A stretch of DNA of 63,608 nt, counting the filler, from Catajapyx aquilonaris (lineage: Eukaryota), in NCBI GenBank assembly GCA_000934665.2. It is 3 parts of 3 records of this genome, joined end to end, with 100 filler letters (N's around TTAATTAATTAA, not from the genome) between each part and the next. Parts side by side here need not be neighbours in the genome. Positions count along the whole stretch, not along the records: positions 21,246 to 42,373 come from JYFJ02006129.1; 2 more parts are not named here. One strand, written 5' to 3'. The notes beneath the pieces were generated by a model. The model saw only the letters and a program-made list of their open reading frames with translations, was not told where the DNA came from and did no database searches. This document shows, piece after piece, positions 26,298 through 38,962 of the stretch. Position numbers and translations under genes: made by a program. How positions within the stretch are numbered: the first letter of the stretch is position 1; the number at the start of each line of letters is the position of its first letter.

Positions 26298-27668
26298 GCC
26301 TATCGTTTTATTAGCTTTACTAGGAAACTGCTCGCTTCGCTTGCGTTATTCTCTAGGTCTGCGGCCTGCAGTGGAGGCCATAATTTCAATCGCTTGCTCG
26401 TAGCCAATGATTATGCCCATCCAACAATTGTCTGCATTCTCCCCAGTACGGGAAGTCGGGAACAGAATTATAAATCAGCGCGGTGCTTGTACATGTGGGA
26501 AGTACACTGCAATTCATGTACCGTCTCGGAGACGGTATTTTGTGATCATAAAATGCCGTCTGGGTACTGACTGATGTCCTGACAATGGCCTGACAGATGT
26601 CCTGACTAGCAAATGGTACATTTCTTAAACATCCCGCCACCTGGGCATAGGCAGAACCTCGATGTTAACCTATTGCACATTAATTCTGCAATTTTGACAA
26701 AACCATCACCTTGTGATATTCTACTGGGGCGTGGTCGCAATAATCACACTTGTGGCCTAATTCCGGAGTCTCGTACTCCGTGCATTCACAAACAGTTGTT
26801 CACTGTCCGATTGCATCTCCACTGTATTGCCCTGCATTGGAACTGGGAGCCAGTGCGAGAATGTACCATGAAAATACACAAAGAAAGTTAATCCAGATGT
26901 CAACACTGATATTTTAATGGACTTGTTAATAATTTTGTAGGAAGCTAAAGATTAGCAGAATGAATAACCTTACAGCAAGTTCTAATACAGCATTGTTTCC
27001 AGGTCATGCCATCATCAATGTGACCAGCTTGGAGCAGAAAATCTACGGCCGTGTACTGCTGTCGTGAACCAAGGTTGTGCTGTGTAGGACCACTCTTGAG
27101 CACATCGTGCAACATGTTGCGGTGGACATTCCCCTCATTTTGTGCAGGTGAGAATTTGCTTAATCTTTACATGTTTTCTTTCAGCTTTTGATTTTCTGTC
27201 TGTCATGAAATTATGGGGTGCCTTTGAAACTAAGCATCTTCTGATATCTAGCCCGCAAGTAATGCCATAATTTTATTTCTAAATGCCAATGTTCATTAGA
27301 AACATTGAAGTGTCAATAAAAGTGAAAAATGTGACATTTTTGGATGTGGGAAAAAAATTATGGAAATATGACGGAAGTTTTAAAAGCCACATGCACATAT
27401 ATGGTGAAAGCCAAGATACTTTGTGAAGCTATTTCCACTACACAAGAGTGATTTCATATTGGCAGAGTCCAAAAAATGATTTGGTAGCTCAATTCTGGGA
27501 TTTGTTATATAAAAATTGCCAAAACTTTAAACATCAAGTTAAATCCGAATTGGTGTTTTTTTGGGGGTAATGAGCTGCCTTGAGGGTGTGTAGTAGTAAA
27601 AATATGGTAGAACAAGATGGTCTGATGCACGGCCATAGAATATAAGGTCTGGTCACTCGCACCCACCC

Positions 27669-27962
27669 CCTGCCGACGTGTTTGGCAGAAGTTGCTCACT
27701 TGAGAGGGCCATGGGTCATTTTAGTCTCCGGTCCAGTGGCGACCCTACCGGACTAGGCTTTATAGGTACAAAACTAACAAAAGGGAAGCGCTACATTGGT
27801 GGACCCAACATGGGCGCCGGCGGCCATTTTGGGCCCGCATGTAGCACTTCCCTTTTGTACCTATAAAGTTCAGCCTAGTCCGGTAGGTTCGCCACTTGAA
27901 CGGAGACTGAAATGTCTCATGGCGCTCTCAAGTGAGCATCTTCTGCAAAACGTGTCGGCAGG
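27669..27962. mobile_element. Palindromic MITE-like element
   Basis: cctgccgac...gtcggcagg termini; imperfect arms cover nearly the whole ~294 bp. Confidence 0.75.
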
Positions 27963-28726
27963 TGATAACAGCAGAAAGTAGTATGACTGTCCGGGGGCTG
28001 GTCTGATGTGAGCTGGCAAAGTGAGCCTACTGAATGCATTCACATCTGCAATTCTATACCCAGCGACCAATTCGGTGGCAGGAATGGGTGCGGGTGAAGC
28101 AGGGGGAAGGGTGGAGGGGTCAGGAGAGAGACTGCCCCCCGTGATGTTTGCCTTCTGTCCGACATCAAGCAAATGAATAGTTCCTCTTCCCATTGCACAG
28201 TTGCAGGAAGGGGGCCAATCAGAATCTTTGCACAAACAACATACGGGGGTCAATGGGAAGCCTTACACATGTAACCAAAGATTTTTTGGTGTCGATCAAG
28301 TTGTTTTCCAAGCTCTTTGTATGTCAGGTTTTATTACAGTAGAACCCCGTTTATCCGACCATCCCGCGCCAGCAATAAATGCATGTTTTCTCATCAAATA
28401 CTGTAATGCAGGCCTACTAATCATGTTTTGTGTTCCCTTAGTTAAATTTTAAACAGCAGAGAGAGTACGTAAAAGATAAAATACTATTTCTTAGAAAAGC
28501 GTAATATTGTACATTATTTCATATTTTTAATGCTTTTTGTTGTGCTTTCCTTTGCTCCTAGGATTATTATCTAACCTTTTCTGTTATCCGACAATGCCCC
28601 AGTCTCATGGGTGACAGATAATCCAGCTTCTATTGTATTTGATTGTGTTATATTTCATAAATGGGTTTAACTTCCATCTGCACCTTATTGCACTGCATTG
28701 GAAATCGGAGCCAGTGTGAGAATGTA

Positions 28727-30260
28727 CAGTGCTGGACACATTAGCCGTCCCTAAATGTGTGTTTTTTGTTTTTTTTTCGTTGGCGATGGTGCGCGTTACC
28801 TGGCAACCCCAGCCGGCGGGCCAATTCAAACATCAGCATATGGAGAGTGCTTTGTGTTCTAATTAAATTTTTAACGAATTTAAAAGTATCTCGGTCTATT
28901 CCAGCCAGAAAGCAGGCTACGGGTACTTGTCTATTAAACTTACTAAAACAATACTTTTAAAATTTTGAGTGTAATAGAGCACAATGTAATCTTATCACGC
29001 ATATTTCTGGCTTGCCGTCGATACATTCGCGAAGTAATTCGGATTATGAACGGCTGAGGTAACTGTGGTGTGCAATTAACTTAATTATGATTACACAAAT
29101 GGCGATTACTAAGTTTCAAATATAAGATTAGATAGACGAAGATTTGCAGGGGGAATTTTTTGGCCTCCGAAAAGTGTCATAAAAAATTCATTTTGCAGTG
29201 TATAGTAGCCGGCGACGTAAGTTGAGAATCCCCCACCAGCCAATGACGAGGCTAGATTTGGAAAGTTTTAAATGGTGCCAACACAGCTTAAGGCTTAAGG
29301 GGTCGAACTCAAAGGATGTTAATCCGGGGGCCCTGCTGGCACTCCTGCTCTAGGCTTCCCCGCCTTCCCCCCCATCCCCTTTCCCCCCTTTCTCACCAAA
29401 GCGTGTTTTCCTTATGGGCTGAGGTAGGAGGTCGTGGTGGTGGGGGTCTGGGGTCCCTCCCTCTTCTCAGGTTAGAGCGCCGAGCCCTATAACTTCGGCA
29501 ACTGGTCAAAAAAATGACACTTTTCCGTGTTCTTGCGATAAAAAATTGCACATTGAAGATTGGTAATCAACTCGTATGTATGTTACGTAGATTTAAACAA
29601 GCTTTCTAACGATGTATAACGTTATTTTTTTCAGACCATTTTCCTTGGAGTTATTTAGAGTCAAACACAGGCGCCAGTATTTAAAAAATCTGATAGTAGT
29701 ACTGTTCCTCTTCCTGGCACGAATATGACACAAATGACATATATTTTGAAATATGACATCTTATGGGGACAGATTACAGGACAGATGCGGTTCTGGCATA
29801 CAGGGCATGGTCTCCATTCGTCATAGCGGTGGTCGAATTAGGCGTAAAAGACAAAAGCCGAAAGAATCGTTCAGTTGACGCCCTTTCAATTAGCACATCC
29901 CTGATCTAAATTGACACCCCCTCCTCAGGGATGGAATATATTTCGTCTGCTGTGGACGAAAACATTTCTTTTGAGTCCAGAAGGGAGCATTTCCCCAAAA
30001 TGGCTTGCTTCTAACACCATTATTTTCCCATTTTTCCCTGCGTATCCCTTGCTACTGATGCGTAAGCAGGCAGAGACCCGTCGTTGGGTCGTCCGCATCA
30101 CTCACTCGATTTGTAAACAATGGCACCAATGGAAAGAACACTAAGCACTCTCCAGATGCTGATGTTTGAATTGGCCCGCCGAATGGGGTTGCCAGGTAAA
30201 GCGAGCCATTGCCAACGGAAAAAAAATAACATTCAGAGACGGCTAATGTGTCCAGCACTG
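28727..30260. mobile_element. Non-autonomous Tc1/mariner-type element, 1534 bp
   Basis: ~125-bp TIRs starting CAGTGCTGGACACATTAGCCGTC, TA TSD; paralogous empty site gaatgTAccatgaaaatac at ~26859-26877; no transposase ORF. Confidence 0.88.
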
Positions 30261-30288
30261 TACCATGAAAATACATAAGCAAGGTTAA

Positions 30289-30988
30289 GAGGAAACCCGG
30301 TCCTCAGCAGCCAAAAAAAAGGGGGTAGCAGTTGACATTTTATTTCATGTCTTTGTGCGCTTTCTAACACAATGAACATTTTTTGGAGTGCTCTTCAATG
30401 TACCTACCTGGATTAGTTACTTAATTATGAAAAATTGCAAAGCAAAGTAGTGAAAATAAATCGCGAAGTTAGGTGTCGAAATTGTGCGCTTTTTCATTCC
30501 ATCTCGATAATGACACCACGTATGTCATTAAATAACATGAATCCATGTGTTGTGATGGTGTACAGGGCTTGACAGTAGAAATTTTAAAAATCAGTGATAC
30601 ATATTGGCTATTAAAGAATTTTAATAACGAAAAATCCTTTTTGGTTATTTTGGCGATTAAATTTTTAAAAGCCAGAATCCATCACTAATTTTTAAAATTT
30701 CTACTTCAAGCCCAGCACACCATCACAACACATGGATTAATATTTTTAAATGACATACGTCACGCGTCATTATCGAGATGGAATGGAAAAGCGCACAATT
30801 TAGACACCTAAATTTGTGATTTATTTTCACTACTTTGCTTCCCAATTTTTGTCATTTAGTAACTCTCATCCAGGTAGGTACACTAAAGAGGACCCCAAAA
30901 AATGTTCATGACGTTAGCAATCACATGGACATGAAATAAAATGTCAACTGATACCCCTTTTTTTGGCTGCTGCAGACTGGGTTTCCTC
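30289..30988. mobile_element. Long-TIR MITE with TTAA TSD (5'-GAGG termini, Kolobok-like), 700 bp
   Basis: TTAA-GAGGAAACC...GGTTTCCTC-TTAA; ~300-bp inverted arms; empty site gTTAAtccagatgtcaac at ~26887. Confidence 0.88.
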
Positions 30989-31806
30989 TTAACCCAGATG
31001 TCAACATTGATATTTTCATAATTTTGGGAAAAGATTGTGATTATCAGTGTGAATAGTCTTACATAAATTCTAATACAACATTGTTTTCAGGTCATGCCAT
31101 CATCGCTGCGACCAGCTTGGGGCAAGAAATCGGCTGCTGTGTACTTCTGTTGTGAACCGAGGTTCTGCTGGGTAGGACCACTCATGAGGCACCCACTTCA
31201 CATTGGGCAACATGATGCGATGGACACTCACCTCCATTTTGTGCAGGTGAGAATTGGTTTAATCGTGAATTTCTGTTTCAGCTTTTGCATTTCTGACTGT
31301 CAGGAAAACTAGGGCATCTTTGAAACTGAGCATGCAGAATAGGGCACCTGGTTAGGGGCGCAACAAGCTATAAAATATGACAACTTTGAGCAACATTTTC
31401 TATAACTAAAAATGGCCCCGCACTTGGAACACCCTGTATAAGTGGGTCTACATGTGCAAAACTTGAGTTTCACTTTTCCATAAAAGATCCATATTGATAT
31501 GGGCTGAAGCCAGTTTCACAACATATCCATTACGCACGGTGGAACTGCTATATGTCAAATCTCAAGGGACCATGGAAATTTTTCGAGTTATGGAAGATTC
31601 GCTTTAACCTCTTCGTACCCGAGAAGAATTGAGTAATGTCAGGTCCTATTGCATTTTCTGAACATTTTCCCAATAAGAAACGAGAAAAATTTTAGTTATA
31701 AAATATTGACAAAAAAATAGTGACAAACAACCAATGTGAACATTATGACCCAATTGCTGCTACAAAAGCAGAACAGATGGAAGCTGAAAATTTAAATGCC
31801 ACTTAA

Positions 31807-32797
31807 CTCTTCGGGCGCCATATGACAGACGGGTGAGAACAAGACTTTCCGAATTTTTTACGTAACTTCTACAATGCGTAAATGAATGCGTTTTTCACCC
31901 TCTTCAAAAGCACTATAAGTAGAACTTACACGAAAAATCTCAGTGTGTGGGAATGTCCAGCGGCCATGTTGTGGGGTCATTTGGGTGGCCACTCGGGGAA
32001 CCGAGTGAGAACAATTTCAAGAATTAATTTTAAATATTAGCTGTAACCTACATGGTTTTTATCTATATATAAATAATACATACATATACCCAAGCACATT
32101 TTGTAAAATTTTTACACTTATGATAATCCATTACGTCACAATTAATTTTTTTTGCGGCTAATTACCATGGCCCCGTTTTGGTTTCTACTGAGCAGGTGAT
32201 CAGCTGGCAGGGGGAAGGAGGCGATGAAGTGGGAGGTGGGAGAAAATTGGCAGGCAGCCAGCCATGCAGCCAGGGATGGGGGGTTGTTTTTTGTTGCGGT
32301 GTGAAGCCAGCTGGTCTCCACTAAGCAGGGAGGGATGTCCTTCTACGTCACAGTCGACCTCGCACGCAATTGGCTGGATTGGCTCATGATTTTTTTCGTC
32401 TGCGCAAAGCACTTTGCGTATTTATTTAACCTGATGAATTTCTAATTTTTTAATGGGTTCTAACTACCCCATCTTAATGAAAAAAAATTTATTTGAAAAA
32501 GGAGATGTCGAACTAATTCAAAAAAAAAAAAAAAAAACTCAGGAAGCCAATAGCTGGTCCACACGCTCACCAAAGATGTTGCTTACATGAATGATTTTGA
32601 GAGTGCCGCAGTGTGTTAGACATCCATATTTGACTAGAACAGGCAAGCAGTCATCCTACACGGAAGGCCCTGGCCATTTCCTTTCTAGCTCACTAGATGT
32701 CACGGAAATACGCCTAGTGAGAGCGTAGAAAAAAAATCTTAAAGCAATAGCCACACCTCCAGCAGTGACGGGCTGGAAAATGGCGCCGCCGTAAGAG
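31807..32797. mobile_element. Possible piggyBac-like non-autonomous element
   Basis: TTAA-CTCTT(c)GGGCGCCA ... TGGCGCCGCCGTAAGAG-TTAA; short imperfect TIRs. Confidence 0.4.
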
Positions 32798-33384
32798 TTA
32801 ATGCATCACTCACAGTGCGCTCTATCCTTCAAACAATGTTTTAAAAATGGGCAATTCCACGAAAGGCGGCCATATTGTCCGTACGTAACGCAGGTTTTGC
32901 AGACATGTACTAGCGTATTTTATTGTAACAATACCCACACATTACATGAAAGGGATTAAGCATGCAGTGCATGCATCCTGGCATTGTTATAATAAAATAT
33001 TCTTGTGCACGTAGGCAACACTTGCGTTACGTACAGACGGCTGCGCCATGGAATTGCCCAAATTCATTTGTGGAATTCGTGGCAGCAATTCCTCTCAGAA
33101 GACAATTAAAGATAAATATGAAATTAGCTTTCAAGGCCAAAACGTCGGGTATGGGGATTGCTCCTTCCCTTCTGACGTCCCAGCATGGTACCTCGCTGTT
33201 CTACATTTTAAAACTGAACTGCAGTGCAAAGCACACTTCCTTGTGGGTGTATAGGTACAGGCAGGAGGCGACAGTATCAATCGTTGCTGCGGAATTTTAA
33301 AAAAAACTTATGTATCCTATAGGATAGGGCTGTGTGGATATTGAATTTGGAAACCGGTTATCGGTTATTGAAATAACCTCAGTT

Positions 33385-33672
33385 GGGCGGCATGGTGGTC
33401 TAGCAGTTACGCCGCTGGCCAGCCAAGCGGGAGGCCGGGATTCAAATCCCGTACCTGTCACCTCTGCTTGGCCGGGTCTTTTTCCGCTTTTCACCCGACA
33501 TACCGGAGCAGAATTGCACTCCCTTCTCTGCTTGGGGCCAGGAGAAAAGGCCTGGTGTTAAAGAATGTCAGAAATGGCTGTTGCACGGTGCCCTCCCTTG
33601 GGAACTTCCCCCTTCCCCCCTAAGAGGGCCACAAGCTCTATCATGGGGTAACAAAAACACAAAACAAAAAAA
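33385..33672 (+). mobile_element. tRNA-derived SINE
   Basis: A box TGGTCTAGCAG, B box GATTCAAATCC, A-rich tail, TSD CTCAGTT (33378-33384, 33673-33679). Confidence 0.8.
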
Positions 33673-33750
33673 CTCAGTTATAACTGGTTAGCGGTTATTT
33701 TAGATTAACCGGTTATATTAGATTCACCAGTTATTTTAGATTAACTCGGC

Positions 33751-35344
33751 TGGACATGGATACTCCTGCTAGTGCTTAATTAAAAACTGAAAAAAACCTT
33801 GGGCTTTACACTTTTATGACGTCCTGTGGTGAAACTCCCCAGGTTCAACATATGGAAGGGCGAAAGTCGCGTGCGCGTCCTGCACACATCCCCGCCATGC
33901 TGACGGGAAGCCTGCACGCGACTTTTGCCCTTACGGATGTTGCACCTCGGGTGGTTCACAGCGGGACGTCATAAAAGTGTAATGCCCAAGGTTTTTTTCA
34001 CAGTTTTTAATTAACCCAGATATGCCTGAAAAAGTTTTTGTTGAATTTTTAAGCTTTTTTTTGTTTCTGTTAGTTCATATTAGTTCCCAAAACACAAAAA
34101 GTGAGATAAAACATTTTTTGACTGCTTGTTTGTGAGAAAATGGCCGTTTCCTATAATGGGGAAGTAGCCTTGGTCTGGGATTTGGGATTTTTGTTCATAA
34201 CTAGCTAGCCCATGCCTGTAAACATACATTCCATCACTTTGTCGCAGCAAAATGACATTACTGGATAAATTACGGCACATTTAAAAGTGCCTTCAAAATT
34301 GGCGGGAAAAACGGGGCAGCCGGGTAGTGCCAATCGAAAGGGTACACTGAAATGCCTGGTTGACTGCGAGATATGAGGAATTTGACTTTGAATTAACCGC
34401 GGACACGACGGAAAGCATTCGCAAGGCGGCTGTAGGCCATCGAAGTGGAGAAAGGGGGCCTTTATGTGCCTAATTCGGGAGACAGATATTTTCGACCTGG
34501 TGGCATCACTGTGCCACATACAAAGCGGTTTGAGCGGCTTAGAGTAAAAATTCGCCCGGTACCTGGCAACTAAGTAAACACTTGGACTGCTAAAATGTCC
34601 AGCCGGGTCCAGCACAGTACAACGAATTATTTTACGACCCTGCCGGGGCGCGTTCTATAACATCATTTTTGCGTTCATTTCACTTCGCGGGACGTCAACA
34701 TTTTCCTGCGAAAAAACAATTACTCCGGAACTGAAACTGATTTCTTAAAACGGAATATGCCAAAAAATCCAAAAAAATATGGGCGAATTTATTATGTAGT
34801 TTCCAAGATGAAGGCTAGTCCCCCATTGTATGGATTCATTAAAATACAGTTCAACAAATAATCATACAAAATCCACACACATACTTCACTTGTCCAAATG
34901 TGGGTGCATTTGCCTCTTGTGTTCCCCCGGAGGGATGCCAGATTTCAGCACTACTCTCAGACAAGGAAAGTAAAAAATATGCCTATATTTCCACATGGAC
35001 ATCATCATTCATAAGTTTTCTAAGTATTACAAACAAAAAATAACTCATAATGCTAATCAACATTAGAGAATTAATTACTTATCGTCTTTGGAACGTGGAG
35101 GTGCAGCCATTATTTCCTGAGTTAAAATTCAAACACTTGTATCTTAAAAATCAGAAGCAATATTGATCAGGTTTGAACTTGTATCGTTAGCTGGGACTCT
35201 CCTGAAGCCCCCGTCACTACTGCCAGCTCTTTAGCAGCAGAAGAACCTGCGCAAAAAAAATAAAATGTAACAACTAAGCAGGTGTCCCCTATAGGGGACA
35301 CTCGGCATATCTGGGTTAAGCACTAGCAGGAGTATCCATGGCCA
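33751..35344. mobile_element. Palindromic MITE (33751-34014 plus 35316-35344) interrupted by a piggyBac-like insertion
   Basis: Left arm catggatactcctgctagtgcttaattaaaaactg; the right arm cagtttttaattaa|gcactagcaggagtatccatg is split at TTAA. Confidence 0.82.
34015..35315. mobile_element. Non-autonomous piggyBac-like element, 1301 bp
   Basis: TTAA TSD; perfect 12-bp TIR CCCAGATATGCC; subterminal palindrome GTGTCCCCTATAGGGGACAC (35282-35301). Confidence 0.85.
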
Positions 35345-36123
35345 AAATTTCGAATTTTTGCCAGCCCCTCCCTCCCTCCCTCATTCACAAATCTGTCAGT
35401 TCATGTTATGAAATCCTAATTCCAAATTTAGGTGAAAATCTTGATTAATGTAATGGTGGTCATTGTCTGATATGTGTCCTAACTACATTTGATCTCTTCA
35501 ATTTGTTTATTGCCGCTATCAGAAATGACTAGCCTATATTATGTTGGTAACATACTGCTGGCTCATTACAGCAGAACTGGTCAATTTCATTTTGCTGTAA
35601 ACATTACCTGTACGGTCTCCTGAAGTAAATTCAGGTTTGGGGTTAAAATTTGTATGTAACACTTCAGGAATTTATTTGTACAGTGATGGAAATTAATGCA
35701 GAAGTACAGTCTTGCTCATAAAGAATGGTACGACTATGGGCGACGTGTTTGTTCCGACTATCCAGCATTATTCCCGACCTGATTTTGTCGCGACACTATG
35801 GACAAAGATCTCTAGCGACCCATATTACCCCCTCCCGACTTCTTCCGAAATTTTTTATTATCAAAATGTTCAACCTGGTACAATGCTTACATAGATTTGA
35901 GATGAATTTCGCCCCTTAAATTTTCTCACTTTGCCTTGTTTTTTTCTTCTCTCTTTTTTTCTTGATTTTAATTGCCTTTTCTCAGCCTTCCTCATGACCC
36001 CTAAAAACATGCTGGTGACCCAGGGGTTGGGAACAGAATAAACATTTTGTCTATAGAGGCGTACCGTTCTTTATGAGCGGTACTGTACAAATGTCGCCTC
36101 ATGGTGGAGTTTTCCCTCTGCAC

Positions 36124-36480
36124 CAGGCGTGGGCAACCTGCGGCCTGCAAAGATAATTTGTGCGGCCCGCGAAATTTTTTTGGAATTTCTGAAAATTTTG
36201 AAAAATTAAAATTGCAAAATTTTATGCCTGTATCTTTCTTTTTAATTTTTTTAAAACCACAAAGACATGGTTTTTAAAAATTTATACAGGCCATTTTCAC
36301 TGATATATTTAGCTAATTTTATCGACTTTCAGAGAATTTAATGATATTAATTTATGTAATTAATGAAACTTCATTTAAAACAATGGATATATAATTGTCA
36401 ACTTTTTTATAATTTGAAATTTCTTTGTTAGATGTGGCCCATCTAATTTTTAAAAATCTCTTATGTGGCCCACAAAGAAA
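36124..36480 (+). mobile_element. hAT/Charlie-like MITE fragment
   Basis: CAGGCGTGGGCAACCTGCGGCC terminus with repeated GCGGCCC/GTGGCCC motifs; right terminus unclear. Confidence 0.5.
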
Positions 36481-37888
36481 AAAGGCTCTACATGAAGCTG
36501 CCTGATGTATAGGGAAAGCTCTGCTAGTGCTTCTCCATTAATTTTCACCACTGTACACCACCAGCTAAAGTTTGACAGTGGCACTGATGTCGCCTGATCT
36601 GTAGTAGATTGCCCCCTAACCAGGCAGGGTTGGGTTTTCTACCAACGTCCCCTCGTGCCCCCCGCCGACACTACTACCACCTCCCGCTGCCTCCTAAGTC
36701 ACATCCCTCTGCCACCCAGACCTCTTAAGCCCTACTGTGATGACAATTAAACTTGGAAATATTGATAACGCGAATTGTTGCGACACACATCTTAAAGCAA
36801 ACCTTTACTGACAATATGCTTCAAGCTTCCGGCCTAGCTTCCGGTGACTGATCCGCCGGATGTTCCAGTGAATGTCACTCATCCACTTCACCTCGACTCC
36901 TCCTTTCCCTCAATCCCAATCCAGGCACGCCATTGGGTGGGATGTTGGGAGGGCAGACTGCCAAGTTAACCCGCCGGGAACTATAGTTATAGTACTCTGG
37001 GGTCTGACAGAGAGATGGTCATGTGGGCTGGAAAGTGGTACTACAAGTCTGACCCCCTTTTTTATAGCACTGTAACTGCCAGGGCTGATGATTTCAGTAA
37101 CAAATCACATTTAATAGACATGCAAAAGAGACTTTGCAGGCCTTTGAATTTTCCTAAGTTAATGTGTGTAGTCGCAGATACTCAAATTATACTCACATAT
37201 TATAGAGATATTTATTTGTTGTCTTCATCCCTCCCTATGCTTATACAGGGAGGTTAAAATAAAATTGATTGATTGATATTTATTTGTTGTCTTTAGCTTG
37301 CGTGTCTTACAAAGCCAAATATATAATTAGTTTGCAAAACATTTTCTAATTTTATTTAGCTGAGAACAGCTGAAAAATGATGGGGTTTAGAAAACACCTA
37401 GTTGGTTTTTTCATTGGGGGAAAAAATTATATAATGGGAAATATGTGCAGGAAAGTTGTTAAAAATTATTTTCAACACAGACACTGTGTTGTAACACGTA
37501 ATTGCGACTGAAATAAAATTTTGCAAATTTTATTTCATGAAATGCATTGTTTATGGAAGATTGTAGGGTTACTTTGTTCATGTCCACAGTTCCAATCAAA
37601 TGAAAATGCCATAGTCGTAGGTTTATTTTATTGGAGCGACTTTGGGTATAGTTAACCTAATATTAGCATCTGATACTTTTTATAAGCATTGAAAGTAACA
37701 GTACAAAAGCGGCTGCTTAAAATGAGGAGTTTTCATGCCACCTAATAGCTATAGAAGTCAGGCACGTATGTTGGAGTACCGTATGTGACACTAATCATGC
37801 AGAAAAACAGCACTGAGATTTACGGAGTTTTTGAACAATCAGACTGTGTACTTGAAGCCATGTCATGTCCATGTACTGTATTTTGGGC

Positions 37889-38121
37889 AGCGGGCGACAC
37901 GGTGCCCGAGTGGTTAGCGCCCCAGCCTTCCACCTCCAAGGTCCCGAGTTCGGTCCCCGGGTCGGACGGAGGATATTTATGTGGATAGAGTTTCGATGGG
38001 TTCTCTCCATGTTCGTGTGGGTTTTCTCAGGGTTCTCCCGTTTCCTCCCACTATCAAAATCCATCACATTTCAGGCAAATGATTAAAGTCGGGTTATTAT
38101 TGTTATTATTATTATTATTAT
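37889..38121 (+). mobile_element. tRNA-head SINE with V-domain-like body
   Basis: A/B boxes (GGTGCCCGAGTGG, AGTTCGGTCCC); body GTGTGGGTTTTCTCAGGGTTCTCCCGTTTCCTCCCAC; (TTA)n tail; 15-bp TSD TACTGTATTTTGGGC. Confidence 0.85.
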
Positions 38122-38216
38122 TACTGTATTTTGGGCCAATTGCCAACACATTTGTACCGATTTCATGGCCATTTATTATGTTCTGCTTAAATTCACTTTA
38201 CAGTCTGTACTATTAA

Positions 38217-38962
38217 GAGCGCGCTCTAGGCTACGCGATCCATTGTTGCGGGGAGCCCGTCGCGGCCCGGCCCGTGAGTTTGACACTTCTTCCTCTCGCT
38301 GTCACGGTCGCAAATATGGAGGTATCGGCATGAAACTGGAGTATCTGGACGCGAAAGAGTTGCACTTTGTGGTGGTGCCTTTATTTTTCTCCTGGGGCGA
38401 TATTTGCGGCCGCCGCGGCCAGGTACAGTTTTTGATTTTGACCCGCAATCACTCCTTTCCATGTCGGTACCTTATATTAGAACGATGTAAGCAAGTCAAG
38501 GGTGGCACAGTTGGTAACGTGGTTACGGAACTGGCAGTCAGCGCGGCGCTGCCAGATCGTCGCATTCTTCCTGCGAGTTCTTATGGTTCATGGAGGGGGG
38601 TATTTTTGATCCCAAAGTTTGGCCAAACCAAGACTGCCACACTCGTGCCCTTTCACACACTTACGGTAATTCGGCGTAAAAACCTTGTCATGCTCTCCAA
38701 TCTCACTGGTACCGACATGGAAAGGAGTGATTGCGGGTCAAAATAAAAAACTGTACCTGGCCGCGGCGGCCGCAAATATCGCCCCAGGAGAAAAATAAGC
38801 GCACCATCTCAAAGCGCAACTCTTTCGCGTCCAGATACTCCAGTTTCATGCCGATACCTCCATATTTGCGACCGTGACAGCGAGAGGAAGAAGTGTCAAA
38901 CTCACGGGCCGGCCCGCGACGGGCTCCCCGCAACAATGGATCGCGTAGCCTAGAGCGCGCTC
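38217..38962. mobile_element. Young long-TIR MITE with TTAA TSD, 746 bp
   Basis: TTAA-GAGCGCGCTCTAGGCT...AGCCTAGAGCGCGCTC-TTAA; ~255-bp TIRs (38217-38471, 38708-38962) with few mismatches. Confidence 0.9.

Noticed and set aside
33385..33460. tRNA-like sequences (also ~37890 and ~50715)
   Set aside because: No full cloverleaf; each has a body, tail and TSD, so they are SINE heads.
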